Shown in pieces: positions 19,693-30,272 of a DNA stretch of 64,000 bases. Every line of letters starts with the position of its first letter. The stretch's first letter is position 1. The stretch lies in assembly GCA_964611345.1 (NCBI GenBank), contig CAZSYU010000004.1:17620-81619 (forward strand), written 5' to 3'. The translations under genes were made by a program, and so were the position numbers. The notes beneath the pieces are model-generated. The model saw only the letters and a list, made by a program, of their open reading frames with translations, made no database searches and was not told the origin of the DNA. The DNA comes from an uncultured Pseudomonadales bacterium. Lineage in GTDB: Bacteria; Pseudomonadota; Gammaproteobacteria; Pseudomonadales; Azotimanducaceae.

Positions 19693-20907
19693 ATGATTGC
19701 CCAACAGAGACAAATGCCCATGACTTCAGCTGCCCAGCCAAAGAGCCTGCCTCGGTTCGAACAGATGCTCGAAACGCTGGTGCAAACACCATCCGTGAGC
19801 TGCACCAACGCTCAGTACGATCGCAGCAACATAGAAGTAATCAACCATCTTGCCAATTGGTTGGCCGATATGGGCTTCGACACCCAGGTTCAGGAAGTGC
19901 CGGAAACACCCGGCAAAGCCAACCTCATCGCCACTGCCGGGCAGCAAAGCAGTGATGATCCGAGCACTCCGGCGACTGGCCTGGTATTGGCTGGACACAC
20001 AGATACCGTACCCTGCAACGAAGCGCAGTGGCAGCGTGAACCCTTCGCACTGACCAACGCGGACAACCGGTTTTACGGGCTCGGTAGCTGCGACATGAAG
20101 GGCTTCTTTCCAGTGGCTCTGCAGGCACTCGCCAGACACGACCTTAACCAACTCACCGCGCCCGTAACGGTCGTCGCCACCGCTGACGAGGAATCATCAA
20201 TGGCTGGTGCTCGCCACCTGCAAGCCAGTCGCGCCGTACAGGCTCGGGCCTGTGTTGTTGGTGAGCCCACCAGCCTGCAACCCGTTTATGGGCACAAAGG
20301 CGTCATCTTTATGAGCATTACGCTCCGCGGTGCCTCTGGCCACTCATCTAACCCCGCGCTTGGGGTAAATGCTTTGGATGCCATGCACGCTGTGATGGCC
20401 GAACTCATCGACTTTCGCCAGGAGCTTGCCAGCAAGTGGCAAAACCCGGGATTCGCAGTCAGCGTACCTACCTTAAACCTTGGGTGTATGAGCGCGGGCG
20501 ATAACCCCAATCGAATCTGCGATCACGCGCAGTTGCAGATCGATCTGCGCCTACTGCCTGGCATGGATGGCGACGCTATCGTTGCCGAGCTAAAGAAGCG
20601 CCTTAACACCGTGGCCGAACGCGAAAACACGCCTCTGACCTTAAACCAGTTCAACAACGCCCCGGCACTTGCCACACAGAGCGACAGCGAGCTTGTGCGC
20701 TATCTTGAAGGTGCCTCAAGCAAACAAGCTGGAACCGTTGCGTACGGTACCGAAGGCCCCTTCTTCGATGCGCTCGGCATGGACACCGTAGTGTTCGGTC
20801 CCGGCTCCATAGACCAGGCCCATCAGCCAAACGAGTACCTCGCCCACGAGCAGATCAGACCTGCGATAGACATGTTGGCTGGTCTCGTCAATCACTACTG
20901 TCGCTAA
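19693..20907 (+). CDS. argE: Acetylornithine deacetylase
   Basis: M20 family protein (LAGHTDTVP, ATADEES). The N-terminal LPRFEQMLETLVQTPSVSC parallels E. coli ArgE. The start could instead be ATG 19714 or 19720. Confidence 0.85.
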   Translation: MIAQQRQMPMTSAAQPKSLPRFEQMLETLVQTPSVSCTNAQYDRSNIEVINHLANWLADMGFDTQVQEVPETPGKANLIATAGQQSSDDPSTPATGLVLAGHTDTVPCNEAQWQREPFALTNADNRFYGLGSCDMKGFFPVALQALARHDLNQLTAPVTVVATADEESSMAGARHLQASRAVQARACVVGEPTSLQPVYGHKGVIFMSITLRGASGHSSNPALGVNALDAMHAVMAELIDFRQELASKWQNPGFAVSVPTLNLGCMSAGDNPNRICDHAQLQIDLRLLPGMDGDAIVAELKKRLNTVAERENTPLTLNQFNNAPALATQSDSELVRYLEGASSKQAGTVAYGTEGPFFDALGMDTVVFGPGSIDQAHQPNEYLAHEQIRPAIDMLAGLVNHYCR

Positions 20908-20927
20908 CTGACTGTGTTAACTCTATT

Positions 20928-22241
20928 GTGAAAAACTTCGCCAACTGGTTCAGGGAAACTACGCCCTACATTAGCGCGCACCGCGGCAAGACCTTTGTGG
21001 TGTCTTTGCCGGGCGAGGCTCTCGCGCATACCAACCTGACCAGCATCGTGCACGACATGGCCCTGCTTAGCGTTATCGGTGTTCGTATCGTTATAGTGCA
21101 TGGTGCCCGCCCCCAACTGGATGCGGTACTGGGCCCAACTGCCGCTGGTGCTGCGCGCATAACGCGTGAAGCTGATCTACCAGAGGTAACTACACAGATA
21201 GCGAAATTGCGAGCTCTACTTGAGGCAAGATTCTCGGCAGGTTTACCTGGTAGCCCGCTGCACAACACCCAAATCAACCTGGTGAGCGGAAACTTTGTTG
21301 TCGCCAAACCTGTGGGTGTGCGCGATGGTGTCAACCATGAGTTTACCGGCCAGGTGCGATCATTGAAGACAACTCCTATCAAGCAAGCGCTCGACAACGG
21401 TGCGATCGTGCTGCTTTCCCCTGCTGGCAATTCTCCCGCTGGTCAACTGTATAACTTGTCAGCTGAAGAACTCGCCGCCGAAACGGCAATGGCGCTTAAC
21501 GCCGATAAGCTCATCACCTTCGCAGAACAGGCGTACATAAGGGATAAAGCCGGCAACGATCTCGCAGAACTGACACCCGGCCAACTCGACACCCTGCTGG
21601 ATGATATGTCTGCAGATGATCCTGCCCGCCGGCGTCTCACGGCAATGCTCACCGCCTGCCGGCATGGTGTGCCACGCTGTCCGCAGGTGAGCTACGCCGA
21701 CGATGGCTCACTGCTCGCAGAGCTGTTCACCGCTGACGGCCGCGGTTCGCAACTTAGTGAAGAGCTGTACCGTTACGTTCGTTCTGCAACAGCGGATGAT
21801 CTATCCGCCATCGTTGCGCTGATTCGACCGCTGGAACAGCAAGGCCTGCTTGTTCGGCGTTCACGCGCAAAACTCGAACGCGATGTGGAATCCTTTTTAG
21901 TAGCGGAAGTCGACAGCGCCGTTGCAGGTTGCTGTGCGCTATATCCGTTCGCACCTGAACCGGGCGAGAAATCGGGCGGTATGATGGAACTCGCCTGCTT
22001 TGCCGCGCGCCCAAACCAACCCTTTGCGCGAGCGCCAGTTGGCGAACAGCTACTCGCCGCGGCAGAGAACCATGCGCAACAACAGGCCATGAGCGCCCTG
22101 TTTGTGCTCACCACCACCGCCCAGGACTGGTTCATAGAGCATGGCTTTACTCCGTGTGAATTAGCTGATCTGCCGCCGGAACGAATAAAAAACCATGACA
22201 ATTCGCGCGGCTCACACGCACTTGTGAAGACCCTAAAGTAA
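20928..22241 (+). CDS. argA: Amino-acid N-acetyltransferase (N-acetylglutamate synthase)
   Basis: N-terminus [18 protein letters not shown] matches the ArgA kinase-fold domain, and the C-terminus is a GNAT domain. GTG start. Confidence 0.9.
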   Translation: MKNFANWFRETTPYISAHRGKTFVVSLPGEALAHTNLTSIVHDMALLSVIGVRIVIVHGARPQLDAVLGPTAAGAARITREADLPEVTTQIAKLRALLEARFSAGLPGSPLHNTQINLVSGNFVVAKPVGVRDGVNHEFTGQVRSLKTTPIKQALDNGAIVLLSPAGNSPAGQLYNLSAEELAAETAMALNADKLITFAEQAYIRDKAGNDLAELTPGQLDTLLDDMSADDPARRRLTAMLTACRHGVPRCPQVSYADDGSLLAELFTADGRGSQLSEELYRYVRSATADDLSAIVALIRPLEQQGLLVRRSRAKLERDVESFLVAEVDSAVAGCCALYPFAPEPGEKSGGMMELACFAARPNQPFARAPVGEQLLAAAENHAQQQAMSALFVLTTTAQDWFIEHGFTPCELADLPPERIKNHDNSRGSHALVKTLK

Positions 22242-22276
22242 CCATCCAAAGCATCACAAGAACCTACAAGAGAGCT

Positions 22277-23953
22277 ATGACAGACAACATGAAAGACAAA
22301 CGGAAATACTCAGCGAAGGTCGTCGATGGCATCGAGCAAGCACCGAGTCGGGCCATGCTGCACGCCGTAGGTTTTGAGACTGCGGATTTCGACAAGGTAC
22401 AGGTAGGTATTGCGTCAACCTGGAGCATGGTCACGCCGTGCAACATGCATATCAACGATCTCGCTGATGCAGCCTGCATGGGCGTGGACGAGGCCGGCGG
22501 TAAAAGCGTGCTGTTCAACACCATCACCGTATCTGACGGTATCTCTATGGGTACCCCAGGAATGCGTTATTCGCTGGTAAGCCGCGAGATTATCGCCGAT
22601 TCCATCGAGGCCGTTGTTGGCGCACAGGGCTTTGACGGCTATGTCGCACTCGGCGGCTGTGACAAAAACATGCCCGCTTGCGCAATTGCCATGGCTCGCA
22701 TGGATCGTCCCAGCGTGTTTGTTTACGGCGGCACCATTCAGATGGGTGCCGAGCGTCGCGACATCGTGTCGGTTTTTGAAGCTGTTGGCGGGCGCGCTGC
22801 AGGCAACGTGAGCGATAACGAACTAAAAGTTGTCGAGCAAACCGCGATTCCAGGGCCCGGTTCTTGCGGTGGTATGTATACCGCTAACAGCATGGCCTCC
22901 GCGATCGAAGCGCTGGGTCTGTCGCTCCCCGGTAGCTCAGCCCAGGAAGCCGTTTCGCAACAGAAACGCAACGACAGCTACAACGCGGGTGAAGCGGTGG
23001 TTAATCTCATCGAGAAAGACATCAAACCCAGCGATATTTTGACGCGCGAAGCGTTCGAGAATGCCATCACTGTTGTCATTGCGCTCGAAGGTTCAACAAA
23101 CGCGGTTCTGCACCTGCTGGCTATCGCCCACGCCGCCAAAGTTGAACTGTCTATCGATGACTTCACCCGAATTGGCAAGAACGTTCCTGTACTCGCCGAC
23201 ATGCGCCCAGCCGGTGAGTACTCAATGTCCGAACTCATCGAGGTTGGCGGCATTCAGCCATTAATGAAAATGCTGTTGGAAAAAGGCTTGCTGCACGGTG
23301 ACTGCATGACGGTCACCGGCAAAACTCTCGCTGAAAACCTGGCAAGCGTTCGCCATTACCCTGCTGACCAAAAAGTGATCCGCCCTTTTGACAACCCGGT
23401 AAAACCCGATAGCCACCTGGTTATCTTGTACGGCAACCTCGCCCCGGGCGGCGCCGTGGCCAAAATTACGGGCCATGAAGGTTTGCAGTTCACAGGTACC
23501 GCGCGCGTCTATCACGGCGAAGAGGCCGCAATGCAGGCCATCATGGATAGTAAAATTGGCAAAGGCGACATCGTTGTTGTGCGTTACGAAGGTCCAAAAG
23601 GCGGACCCGGCATGCGCGAGATGCTCTCACCAACCAGCGCGATCAATGGCCAGGGTCTGTCGCAAGATGTTGCGCTCATTACCGATGGTCGCTTCAGCGG
23701 GGGGTCACACGGATTTGTGATTGGTCACGTTACACCAGAAGCGTTTGAGGGTGGTCCCATTGCTCTGGTGGAAGAAGGTGACAAGATCACCGTCGACGCA
23801 GAGAAGTGTGAGATCAATGTTGCCGTTTCAGACGATGAACTCGCCGCCAGGAAAGCCAGGTGGCAGGCCCCGCCGGTCTACACGGATCGGGGTGCACTGG
23901 CGAAGTATGCAAAGCTTGTGAGTTCTGCGAGCACAGGCGCAGTGACGGACTAG
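22277..23953 (+). CDS. ilvD: Dihydroxy-acid dehydratase (short form)
   Basis: 558-aa ILVD/EDD family protein with GGCDKNMPA and [10 protein letters not shown] motifs. Confidence 0.95.
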   Translation: MTDNMKDKRKYSAKVVDGIEQAPSRAMLHAVGFETADFDKVQVGIASTWSMVTPCNMHINDLADAACMGVDEAGGKSVLFNTITVSDGISMGTPGMRYSLVSREIIADSIEAVVGAQGFDGYVALGGCDKNMPACAIAMARMDRPSVFVYGGTIQMGAERRDIVSVFEAVGGRAAGNVSDNELKVVEQTAIPGPGSCGGMYTANSMASAIEALGLSLPGSSAQEAVSQQKRNDSYNAGEAVVNLIEKDIKPSDILTREAFENAITVVIALEGSTNAVLHLLAIAHAAKVELSIDDFTRIGKNVPVLADMRPAGEYSMSELIEVGGIQPLMKMLLEKGLLHGDCMTVTGKTLAENLASVRHYPADQKVIRPFDNPVKPDSHLVILYGNLAPGGAVAKITGHEGLQFTGTARVYHGEEAAMQAIMDSKIGKGDIVVVRYEGPKGGPGMREMLSPTSAINGQGLSQDVALITDGRFSGGSHGFVIGHVTPEAFEGGPIALVEEGDKITVDAEKCEINVAVSDDELAARKARWQAPPVYTDRGALAKYAKLVSSASTGAVTD

Positions 23954-23963
23954 GTTATTAGAT

Positions 23964-24500
23964 CTAGTCGCTACGTAAATAGCGCAATGCCTGCTCTTTT
24001 GCCGGGTGCTCAGACAGCCAGTCGCGAAATTCTTTCAGGCGTGACAAGTCGTCTCCGAACAGTGTTCGCAACCGCTCGTCGCGCATGGTCGCAACCGTCT
24101 GGGCTCGTACTGCCTTTTGCCAGGGGTCAGTCACAATGTCGGCCAGCTTACCCTGCAACTGCAATGCGCCAAGCAGTTGCCACTCGCCAGCATCGAGCCA
24201 GGCATCGTGGCACGTCATGCACACGTCGACCTTGTTGGCCGTTGCGCCACTGATACTGTACTTGGTCATAATGTGGGAACACTTGGTGCAAAGTAACGCC
24301 TGGGCATTGCCCTCGATCAGGCTCGCTGTCTCGCCTTCGCCATGCACAGGGTCCTCATCATCCACTCGCGTCTCGGCCCAATTGCGATAGGTTAATAGAT
24401 CAATCAGCACACCATGACAAACCGTACAGGTATACGCGGGCAAGCCAGCGTGTAATCGAGTAGGTTTTAGGGGCTGATCGGTGCAGGCAGGACAGTTCAT
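23964..24500 (-). CDS. Zinc-ribbon (TFIIB-type zf) domain protein
   Basis: Two CxxC...CxxC ribbons (CPAC...CTVCHG and CTKC...CMTCHDAWLDAGEW). Its start overlaps the stop of the upstream gene (ATGA). Confidence 0.55.
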   Translation of the reverse strand: MNCPACTDQPLKPTRLHAGLPAYTCTVCHGVLIDLLTYRNWAETRVDDEDPVHGEGETASLIEGNAQALLCTKCSHIMTKYSISGATANKVDVCMTCHDAWLDAGEWQLLGALQLQGKLADIVTDPWQKAVRAQTVATMRDERLRTLFGDDLSRLKEFRDWLSEHPAKEQALRYLRSD

Positions 24501-24862
24501 TTTTCGCCCTCGCCGGCGTCACTATCGTCATCAAAACTCACGAGCACCGCGGCATTGGCAATCACCATGGCATCGCTACCACGGTCGTCGGGCACCTCCA
24601 GGCCACCCTCGACTACCTTAACGCTCACCTGACCATGCGGGAGCTCTGCGGCAACGACCTCCTTGTCGACAGCTGCAGGATTCGGTACGCCAATGTTCAC
24701 CTCAACATGCATCTCGTCCACCGACTTGTTCAGCAAGCGAAAGAAACCAATGCTGCTATGTCGGATCGCATCGGAAACAGCGCGACAGGCTGCCCGCGTA
24801 TAGTCCCGACCGTGCACGTCCACACCCATGCCCATTTCAGTTAAACAGCGAACAAGCGCCAT
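24497..24862 (-). CDS. Lin0512-family conserved hypothetical protein
   Basis: 121 aa. The N-terminus EMGMGVDVHGRDYTRAACRAVSDAI resembles the Lin0512 family as I remember it. Function unknown. Confidence 0.5.
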   Translation of the reverse strand: MALVRCLTEMGMGVDVHGRDYTRAACRAVSDAIRHSSIGFFRLLNKSVDEMHVEVNIGVPNPAAVDKEVVAAELPHGQVSVKVVEGGLEVPDDRGSDAMVIANAAVLVSFDDDSDAGEGEK

Positions 24863-24889
24863 ACCCTTCTCCCCTATGGTGACCTGAAC

Positions 24890-25261
24890 CTATAGCCTAA
24901 CTATCCGCAAGAACAGGCGCCAAACTTTTTCGCCCCAAAAATGGTGCGCAAGCAAACCCATACTGATACCCAGCAAATCGATGCCAAAATCGCCCCACTC
25001 CGCTTGCCTGGCAGGTAAAAAACTCTGAGTGATCTCGAGAAAACCACCGTAGGCTGCCAGCAACAGCACAACAGCTCCTATAGACAATGGGACATGAGAA
25101 ATACGCAATGCGGCAGTCAGGTAAACGAATGCGAACAGGTGCAGGGTGATGTCACTCACCTTCGGCCCCACAGCGGGTAGACCTCGACCGAGCGCCGCCC
25201 AGGTACAAATCAAGAGGGGTAACCAGAACGCAATACGGCGCAACACCAGTTCTTTATTCAT
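24890..25261 (-). CDS. VanZ-like small membrane protein
   Basis: 123 aa with four predicted TM segments. The family call is from overall pattern only. Confidence 0.5.
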   Translation of the reverse strand: MNKELVLRRIAFWLPLLICTWAALGRGLPAVGPKVSDITLHLFAFVYLTAALRISHVPLSIGAVVLLLAAYGGFLEITQSFLPARQAEWGDFGIDLLGISMGLLAHHFWGEKVWRLFLRIVRL

Positions 25262-25288
25262 GCGCGCCGCCTTGGTTGAGCCCGGAGC

Positions 25289-26314
25289 CTAGCGAGCGCT
25301 CTGTTGTTGCACAAAGTCGACGAGGTGTTTGACGTTCGCTACCGGTGTTTCCGGAATAATGCCGTGCCCAAGGTTGAAGATGTGGCCTGGCCTGTTACCT
25401 ACCTCATCGAGAATCGCACCAGCTTGCGCCGACACGGTAGCCTTATCGGCGCAGAGCACGATGGGATCCATGTTGCCCTGAATCGCTCTACATCCCAGAC
25501 CATTCCAGGTCCTCGTTAACGGCGTACGCCAGTCGAGCGCCAATACATCTGGTGCCGCTTCGTTAAGGGCCTCGAGCAGGTGCCCGTTGCCCGTACCAAA
25601 ATAGATAATCGGTACTTGCCCGCGCAACTTATCGATCAATGCCTTGGTATGGGGCAATGCAAAACTCCGGAAATCTGCTACCGACAGACTGCCCACCCAG
25701 GTATCAAATATTTGAATGGCGTCAACGCCTGCATCAATCTGCAACTGCAAGTAGCTAGCCAACGAATCCGTCAGTTTTGCCATCAGTGCATGCCACGCAT
25801 CCGGAGCCTGATACATCAGCTTTTTAACGTGCACGTAGTTGCGCGAACCCTTGCCCTCCACCGCATATGACGCGAGCGTAAAAGGCGCGCCTGCAAAGCC
25901 AATGAGCGCAATTTCTGCGGGCAAATCACCAAGAATGTTGCTGACGGTATCCGCGATGTAGGGCGTTCCCTCACGCGCCTCAAGCATTCGCAGTGCCTCG
26001 ATATCTTTGGGTGTTCGCACCGGGTTATCAAATACCGGGCCCACTCCCTCCTTATACTCAAGATCCAGCCCCATCGGCACCAGAATTGGCAGTAAGTCAG
26101 CAAACATAATCGCCGCGTCAACCCCAAGTATGCGCTGGGCATCCAGGGTTGCCTGGGCAGACATTTCAGGGTTGGTAAAAAAGTCGAGGCTTTTAGTTTT
26201 ACCCTTTAGTGCGTGGTATTCGGGCATATACCGGCCCGCCTGGCGATTGAGCCATATCGGTGTATGTGGAACTTCGCGACCGTGACAGGCCTCGATAAAA
26301 ATTTTCTCTGACAT
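25289..26314 (-). CDS. hemE: Uroporphyrinogen decarboxylase
   Basis: URO-D signature PIWLNRQAGRYMPEY near the N-terminus; 341 aa. Confidence 0.95.
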   Translation of the reverse strand: MSEKIFIEACHGREVPHTPIWLNRQAGRYMPEYHALKGKTKSLDFFTNPEMSAQATLDAQRILGVDAAIMFADLLPILVPMGLDLEYKEGVGPVFDNPVRTPKDIEALRMLEAREGTPYIADTVSNILGDLPAEIALIGFAGAPFTLASYAVEGKGSRNYVHVKKLMYQAPDAWHALMAKLTDSLASYLQLQIDAGVDAIQIFDTWVGSLSVADFRSFALPHTKALIDKLRGQVPIIYFGTGNGHLLEALNEAAPDVLALDWRTPLTRTWNGLGCRAIQGNMDPIVLCADKATVSAQAGAILDEVGNRPGHIFNLGHGIIPETPVANVKHLVDFVQQQSAR

Positions 26315-26326
26315 AACAGAAGGGAT

Positions 26327-27622
26327 TCAGGCAATCGGCGTGCGCACCTTAGCAGACGGGCGAAAAACCCGCATCCGGGCGAAGCCTTTGAAGTCTTCAT
26401 AACTGGCAGAAAACTCAACGGTATTCACCTCTGCGAACTCGATCCTCACAAGATCAGGCAAGGGTGCTGATGCCACTCGCACGCCACCCTCACGGGCCAG
26501 CCCAGCCTCCAACAACAAACGCATGGTTAGCGGGCACAACACCATAGAGTCCGCCTGGCTGGTCGCCTGGAGGCGTTCTGCCAAAGCGACACAACTACCA
26601 ATTATAGTGTAAGCGCGTACATCGCTGGTGCCGCACTCGCCGAGCGAACAATAACCTGAGGCCAGGCCAACGCGCAGCTGCAGTTGTTGCTCGAGCCCAA
26701 AGCTGGCCCAGCGGTTGTTTAGTTCGGGCAACTGCGCCAGCAACTGATTGGCAAACCGCCAGGCGTTATGCGCCGCAACGCTACGATCTTGCTCAGGCAG
26801 AAAGAACAGCAAGGCGCCATCGCCCATAAACTTGTCGAGCGTGCCGCCACAACGCCCCGCCTGCACAACCACCGCGTCCAGCAGGTCATCGAGCACCAGA
26901 CTGACTAGCTCCGGCGGTAGCGGCGAGCTACGGACCGTGAACTCCACCAGGTCGATGATGACCACGGTCACCCAACAACGACTCTGTCCGATCGGCAGTC
27001 GGCGGGCTAACCCGTGGGGTACAAATGGCTGCAACGTAGCTAGTCGATCCCGCCACAGACTACGGTGATCATCGAGCTTTTGAGTCAGGCGAAAGGCGAC
27101 ATCACACAACGCCACAGCAAATGTGAGTAACAACAGTGTGCCAGGCAACCAATTTGAGATTCCCGTAACGCCCGGGAGCCGCTGCCAAAGCACAAGCACG
27201 TCTGGCGCACCAGCGAATGCAGCGAGCATGACAACAACCAACCCACTAGAGGCAAACGCAAGCAAAACACCCGGCACCACGCGGCCACCACCAAGCGCGA
27301 CATTTGCGGTGACCAGCGTGCCCAACACCGAAAGTGTCAGCGGCAAAGGCAACTGCATGCTCAACAATGCACCGGGAACCAGCAGCGTCTCCGCGCGCTG
27401 CAATTGCCGCACCGCCGTATCACTCGGTGGCGTACCACGAGGAGCCGAGAGAAGACGGACCACATCCAGCACACCTGCACCTAATACCGCAAGCAACAAC
27501 CCCGCAACAAGTTGCGAGTTAGACAGCTGGTGGGGCGGCAGTGCCACAAGCAGCATCGCAAACAGTCCCCAACCCAGCACCCGAAAGGGTCGTGCCTGAC
27601 GGTAAAGGTTTCGAACTGCCAT
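26327..27622 (-). CDS. Membrane-anchored class III adenylate/guanylate cyclase
   Basis: About 200 aa of N-terminal multi-TM region, then a CYCc-like domain (VTVVIIDLVEFT, KFMGDGALLFF). Confidence 0.8.
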   Translation of the reverse strand: MAVRNLYRQARPFRVLGWGLFAMLLVALPPHQLSNSQLVAGLLLAVLGAGVLDVVRLLSAPRGTPPSDTAVRQLQRAETLLVPGALLSMQLPLPLTLSVLGTLVTANVALGGGRVVPGVLLAFASSGLVVVMLAAFAGAPDVLVLWQRLPGVTGISNWLPGTLLLLTFAVALCDVAFRLTQKLDDHRSLWRDRLATLQPFVPHGLARRLPIGQSRCWVTVVIIDLVEFTVRSSPLPPELVSLVLDDLLDAVVVQAGRCGGTLDKFMGDGALLFFLPEQDRSVAAHNAWRFANQLLAQLPELNNRWASFGLEQQLQLRVGLASGYCSLGECGTSDVRAYTIIGSCVALAERLQATSQADSMVLCPLTMRLLLEAGLAREGGVRVASAPLPDLVRIEFAEVNTVEFSASYEDFKGFARMRVFRPSAKVRTPIA

Positions 27623-27732
27623 GGACGCAGCCTGCCAAACCCCTCGGCGGGTCAGAAGCGGCTATTGACTGTTGGCCACGACAGACGGACGATCTGGTTC
27701 TTGGCAGCTAATGCCCCACCAAGTGTCGAGAA

Positions 27733-29097
27733 CTAGACCACACCGTAGGCGTGCATTGCGTCGGCTACCTTAACGAACCCACCGACATTGGCTCCGCCAA
27801 CATAATCCACCGCACGACCTCGCTTGGCAGCGCCATGTTCTACGCATTGTTCATGAATGCCGCGCATGATGTCTTGCAGACGACCATCCACCTCGTTAGC
27901 AGTCCAGTTGATACGCATCGCATTTTGGCTTTGTTCCAAACCGGATACGGCAACACCACCCGCGTTCGATGCTTTGGCGGGCGCATACAAGGATCCGTTG
28001 TCGCGAAAGAGATGCTGCGCCTCAAGAGTGCAAGGCATGTTAGCTCCTTCGGCAATTACATTTACGCCGTTGCGTATCATCTTCTTCGCATCCGCTGCAT
28101 CGAGCTCATTCTGAGTGGCGCAGGGAAACGCCATATCGGCTTTAACACCCCAGGGCCGCTTGCCGGCGTGAAACTTCGTTTTCTTGTAGACAGTGGTGTA
28201 TTCCTTGATTCGCCCACGCCGCGCGAATTTCAACTCTTTAAGGTAATCGAGCTTGTCCTGGTCAAAACCCTCTGGATCGTGAATGAAGCCGGTAGAATCG
28301 GATAGCGTTATGGCTCGAGCTCCAAGGTGCAGCAACTTTTCGGCACAAAAAATGGCGACGTTGCCTGAGCCACTCACTAGCGCTGTCTTGCCATCAAAGC
28401 CATCATCAATACGGTTCAGCATGTTTTCGACAAAATACACTACACCGTAGCCAGTCGCCTCGGTGCGCCCAAGGCTGCCTCCAAACGACAACCCTTTGCC
28501 CGTTAACACACCCGTAAACTCGTTACGCACACGCTTATACTGGCCAAACAGATAACTGATTTCGCGACCACCCACGCCTATGTCGCCAGCGGGTACGTCG
28601 GTATCCGCGCCTACGTGACGGCTAAGTTCCGTCATCATAGATTGACAGAACCGCATCACTTCGCGATCACTCTTACCCTTGGGATTGAAGTTACTGCCAC
28701 CCTTTCCACCTCCCATAGGCAAGCCAGTAAGTGCGTTTTTGAAGGTCTGCTCAAAGCCTAAAAACTTCAGAACACTTTGATTAACTGAAGGATGAAACCG
28801 CAAACCACCCTTGTAGGGTCCAATAGAATTATTGAACTGTACCCGCCAAGCACGATTGGTTCGAATCGTCCCATCATCGGCCTCCCAGCAAACACGAAAA
28901 ATTACAATACGATCCGGCTCAGTCATGCGCTCGAGGATGGACATATCGGCATAGTCTTTGTGTGTGGCCATATAAGGCATGACAGTTTCGGCGACTTCCT
29001 GCACAGCCTGATGAAACTCTGGCTCACCCGGATTTCGCTTCACGAGTCCGTTCATAAAATTATCAAGCGCTTTGCGCGTTGCCTTATTCATAATCAC
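27733..29097 (-). CDS. gdhA: NADP-specific glutamate dehydrogenase
   Basis: 454 aa with the ELFV dehydrogenase active-site motif LPMGGGKGGSNFNPKG. Confidence 0.95.
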   Translation of the reverse strand: MIMNKATRKALDNFMNGLVKRNPGEPEFHQAVQEVAETVMPYMATHKDYADMSILERMTEPDRIVIFRVCWEADDGTIRTNRAWRVQFNNSIGPYKGGLRFHPSVNQSVLKFLGFEQTFKNALTGLPMGGGKGGSNFNPKGKSDREVMRFCQSMMTELSRHVGADTDVPAGDIGVGGREISYLFGQYKRVRNEFTGVLTGKGLSFGGSLGRTEATGYGVVYFVENMLNRIDDGFDGKTALVSGSGNVAIFCAEKLLHLGARAITLSDSTGFIHDPEGFDQDKLDYLKELKFARRGRIKEYTTVYKKTKFHAGKRPWGVKADMAFPCATQNELDAADAKKMIRNGVNVIAEGANMPCTLEAQHLFRDNGSLYAPAKASNAGGVAVSGLEQSQNAMRINWTANEVDGRLQDIMRGIHEQCVEHGAAKRGRAVDYVGGANVGGFVKVADAMHAYGVV

Positions 29098-29179
29098 AAT
29101 CTCCCTGATTGTTGTTTACTGATTAATATTTTTTAGTTGTTAGAAAAGCGCACGTTGCCTTCCCACTGAACGCATAAAA

Positions 29180-30235
29180 CTAGAATGACCCGTTCAGATA
29201 GAACCAACCTGCTCCCGCTGCGGCAACAACCACCACAGCAATCAAGACCCAGCGCATAGCACCGCCACTGGACCCACTACCTGCCTTTCCTGACTTCGCC
29301 TTCCTTGCTTTATTCTTACCAGCTGCAGCAGCACTACCTGGCAGCAGCAAGAGGGCCTTGGTACCACCAAATTCGATTACATCTTTGGAATTTAGGAAGC
29401 GTTTCAGCACCGCTTCACCATTCACGCGTGTTTTATTTGTCGACATCTGGTCATGTACCGACCACTTCGCGCCGCGACGCACCAATTTAGCGTGAAAATC
29501 AGAAACGCTTGGGTCTTCCAACACGATAGACAGCTCATGCTTGGAGCCATTTTTGCCGATGTTCCAGAAATTTAGGTCGCCTTCGCTCTTGAGCGATATA
29601 GGTTGACCATCACCAGAATCTCCAAGTAATACGAGGGTTGGGTCGGTGAACTGCGCCGCGAGAGCATCCGCATCGATGGCAAACTGATCGTTGGCTTCAC
29701 CGGGTTTCAGGATGATTGTGCCGGGGCTATCGTTCTGCCAGGAGCGCGGCAGGTTTTTGTTAACAGCCATCATCATGGTTTGGCCCATGGCTGCATTAGC
29801 GATATCGCTGTCGTCAGGCTGCCCACTAGGAGCTGGCGCCGGTACCGCGGCGCGAACCACCGTTGCGCCTGGATCCATCGACGCCGCATCCACTGCCGGC
29901 GCAGCAGCACCTTCCGAATCTGACAACGTTAATGTGTGGGTGTCGAACCGTATCTCATCACCGCCGACTGCCATAGTGGGTCCGGTCAGACGCTGATGAT
30001 TGATAAAGGTACCATTGGTCGAACCCAAATCAGTTACCAGCACACCTTCCGCCGCGGGCGCTAAGGTTGCGTGATTGCTCGAAACTGTAGAATGCGCTAG
30101 CTGTAGCACTTCGTCGTAGGAGACGCCTTGATGTTCGGCAGACGGCGCCCGCCCAACAATCACTGTGGTATCAAACTCCAATACTGCTGTACCCGCGTCA
30201 TCGCTCAGGGCAAATCGATTACCTGAAAGGCTCAC
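29180..30235 (-). CDS. Tail-anchored protein with two FHA domains
   Basis: FHA1 is canonical (VGRAP ... VSSNHATL ... STNGTFIN). FHA2 is semi-canonical (IGKNG ... VSDFHAKL ... STNKTRVNG). There is a Lys-rich linker and a C-terminal TM (WVLIAVVVVAAAGAGWFYL). GTG start preceded by GGAGA. Confidence 0.8.
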   Translation of the reverse strand: MSLSGNRFALSDDAGTAVLEFDTTVIVGRAPSAEHQGVSYDEVLQLAHSTVSSNHATLAPAAEGVLVTDLGSTNGTFINHQRLTGPTMAVGGDEIRFDTHTLTLSDSEGAAAPAVDAASMDPGATVVRAAVPAPAPSGQPDDSDIANAAMGQTMMMAVNKNLPRSWQNDSPGTIILKPGEANDQFAIDADALAAQFTDPTLVLLGDSGDGQPISLKSEGDLNFWNIGKNGSKHELSIVLEDPSVSDFHAKLVRRGAKWSVHDQMSTNKTRVNGEAVLKRFLNSKDVIEFGGTKALLLLPGSAAAAGKNKARKAKSGKAGSGSSGGAMRWVLIAVVVVAAAGAGWFYLNGSF

Positions 30236-30272
30236 TGTATTTCTCCATTCGTTTCCAATTCATGAATATATG

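Noticed and set aside
27623-27732. 110-nt gap between gdhA and the cyclase gene, and the 82-nt gap at 29098-29179, examined for rho-independent terminators or small RNAs.
   Set aside because: I could not find a convincing GC-rich stem followed by a T-tract on the relevant strand, only AT-rich promoter-like sequence upstream of gdhA. No feature is called.
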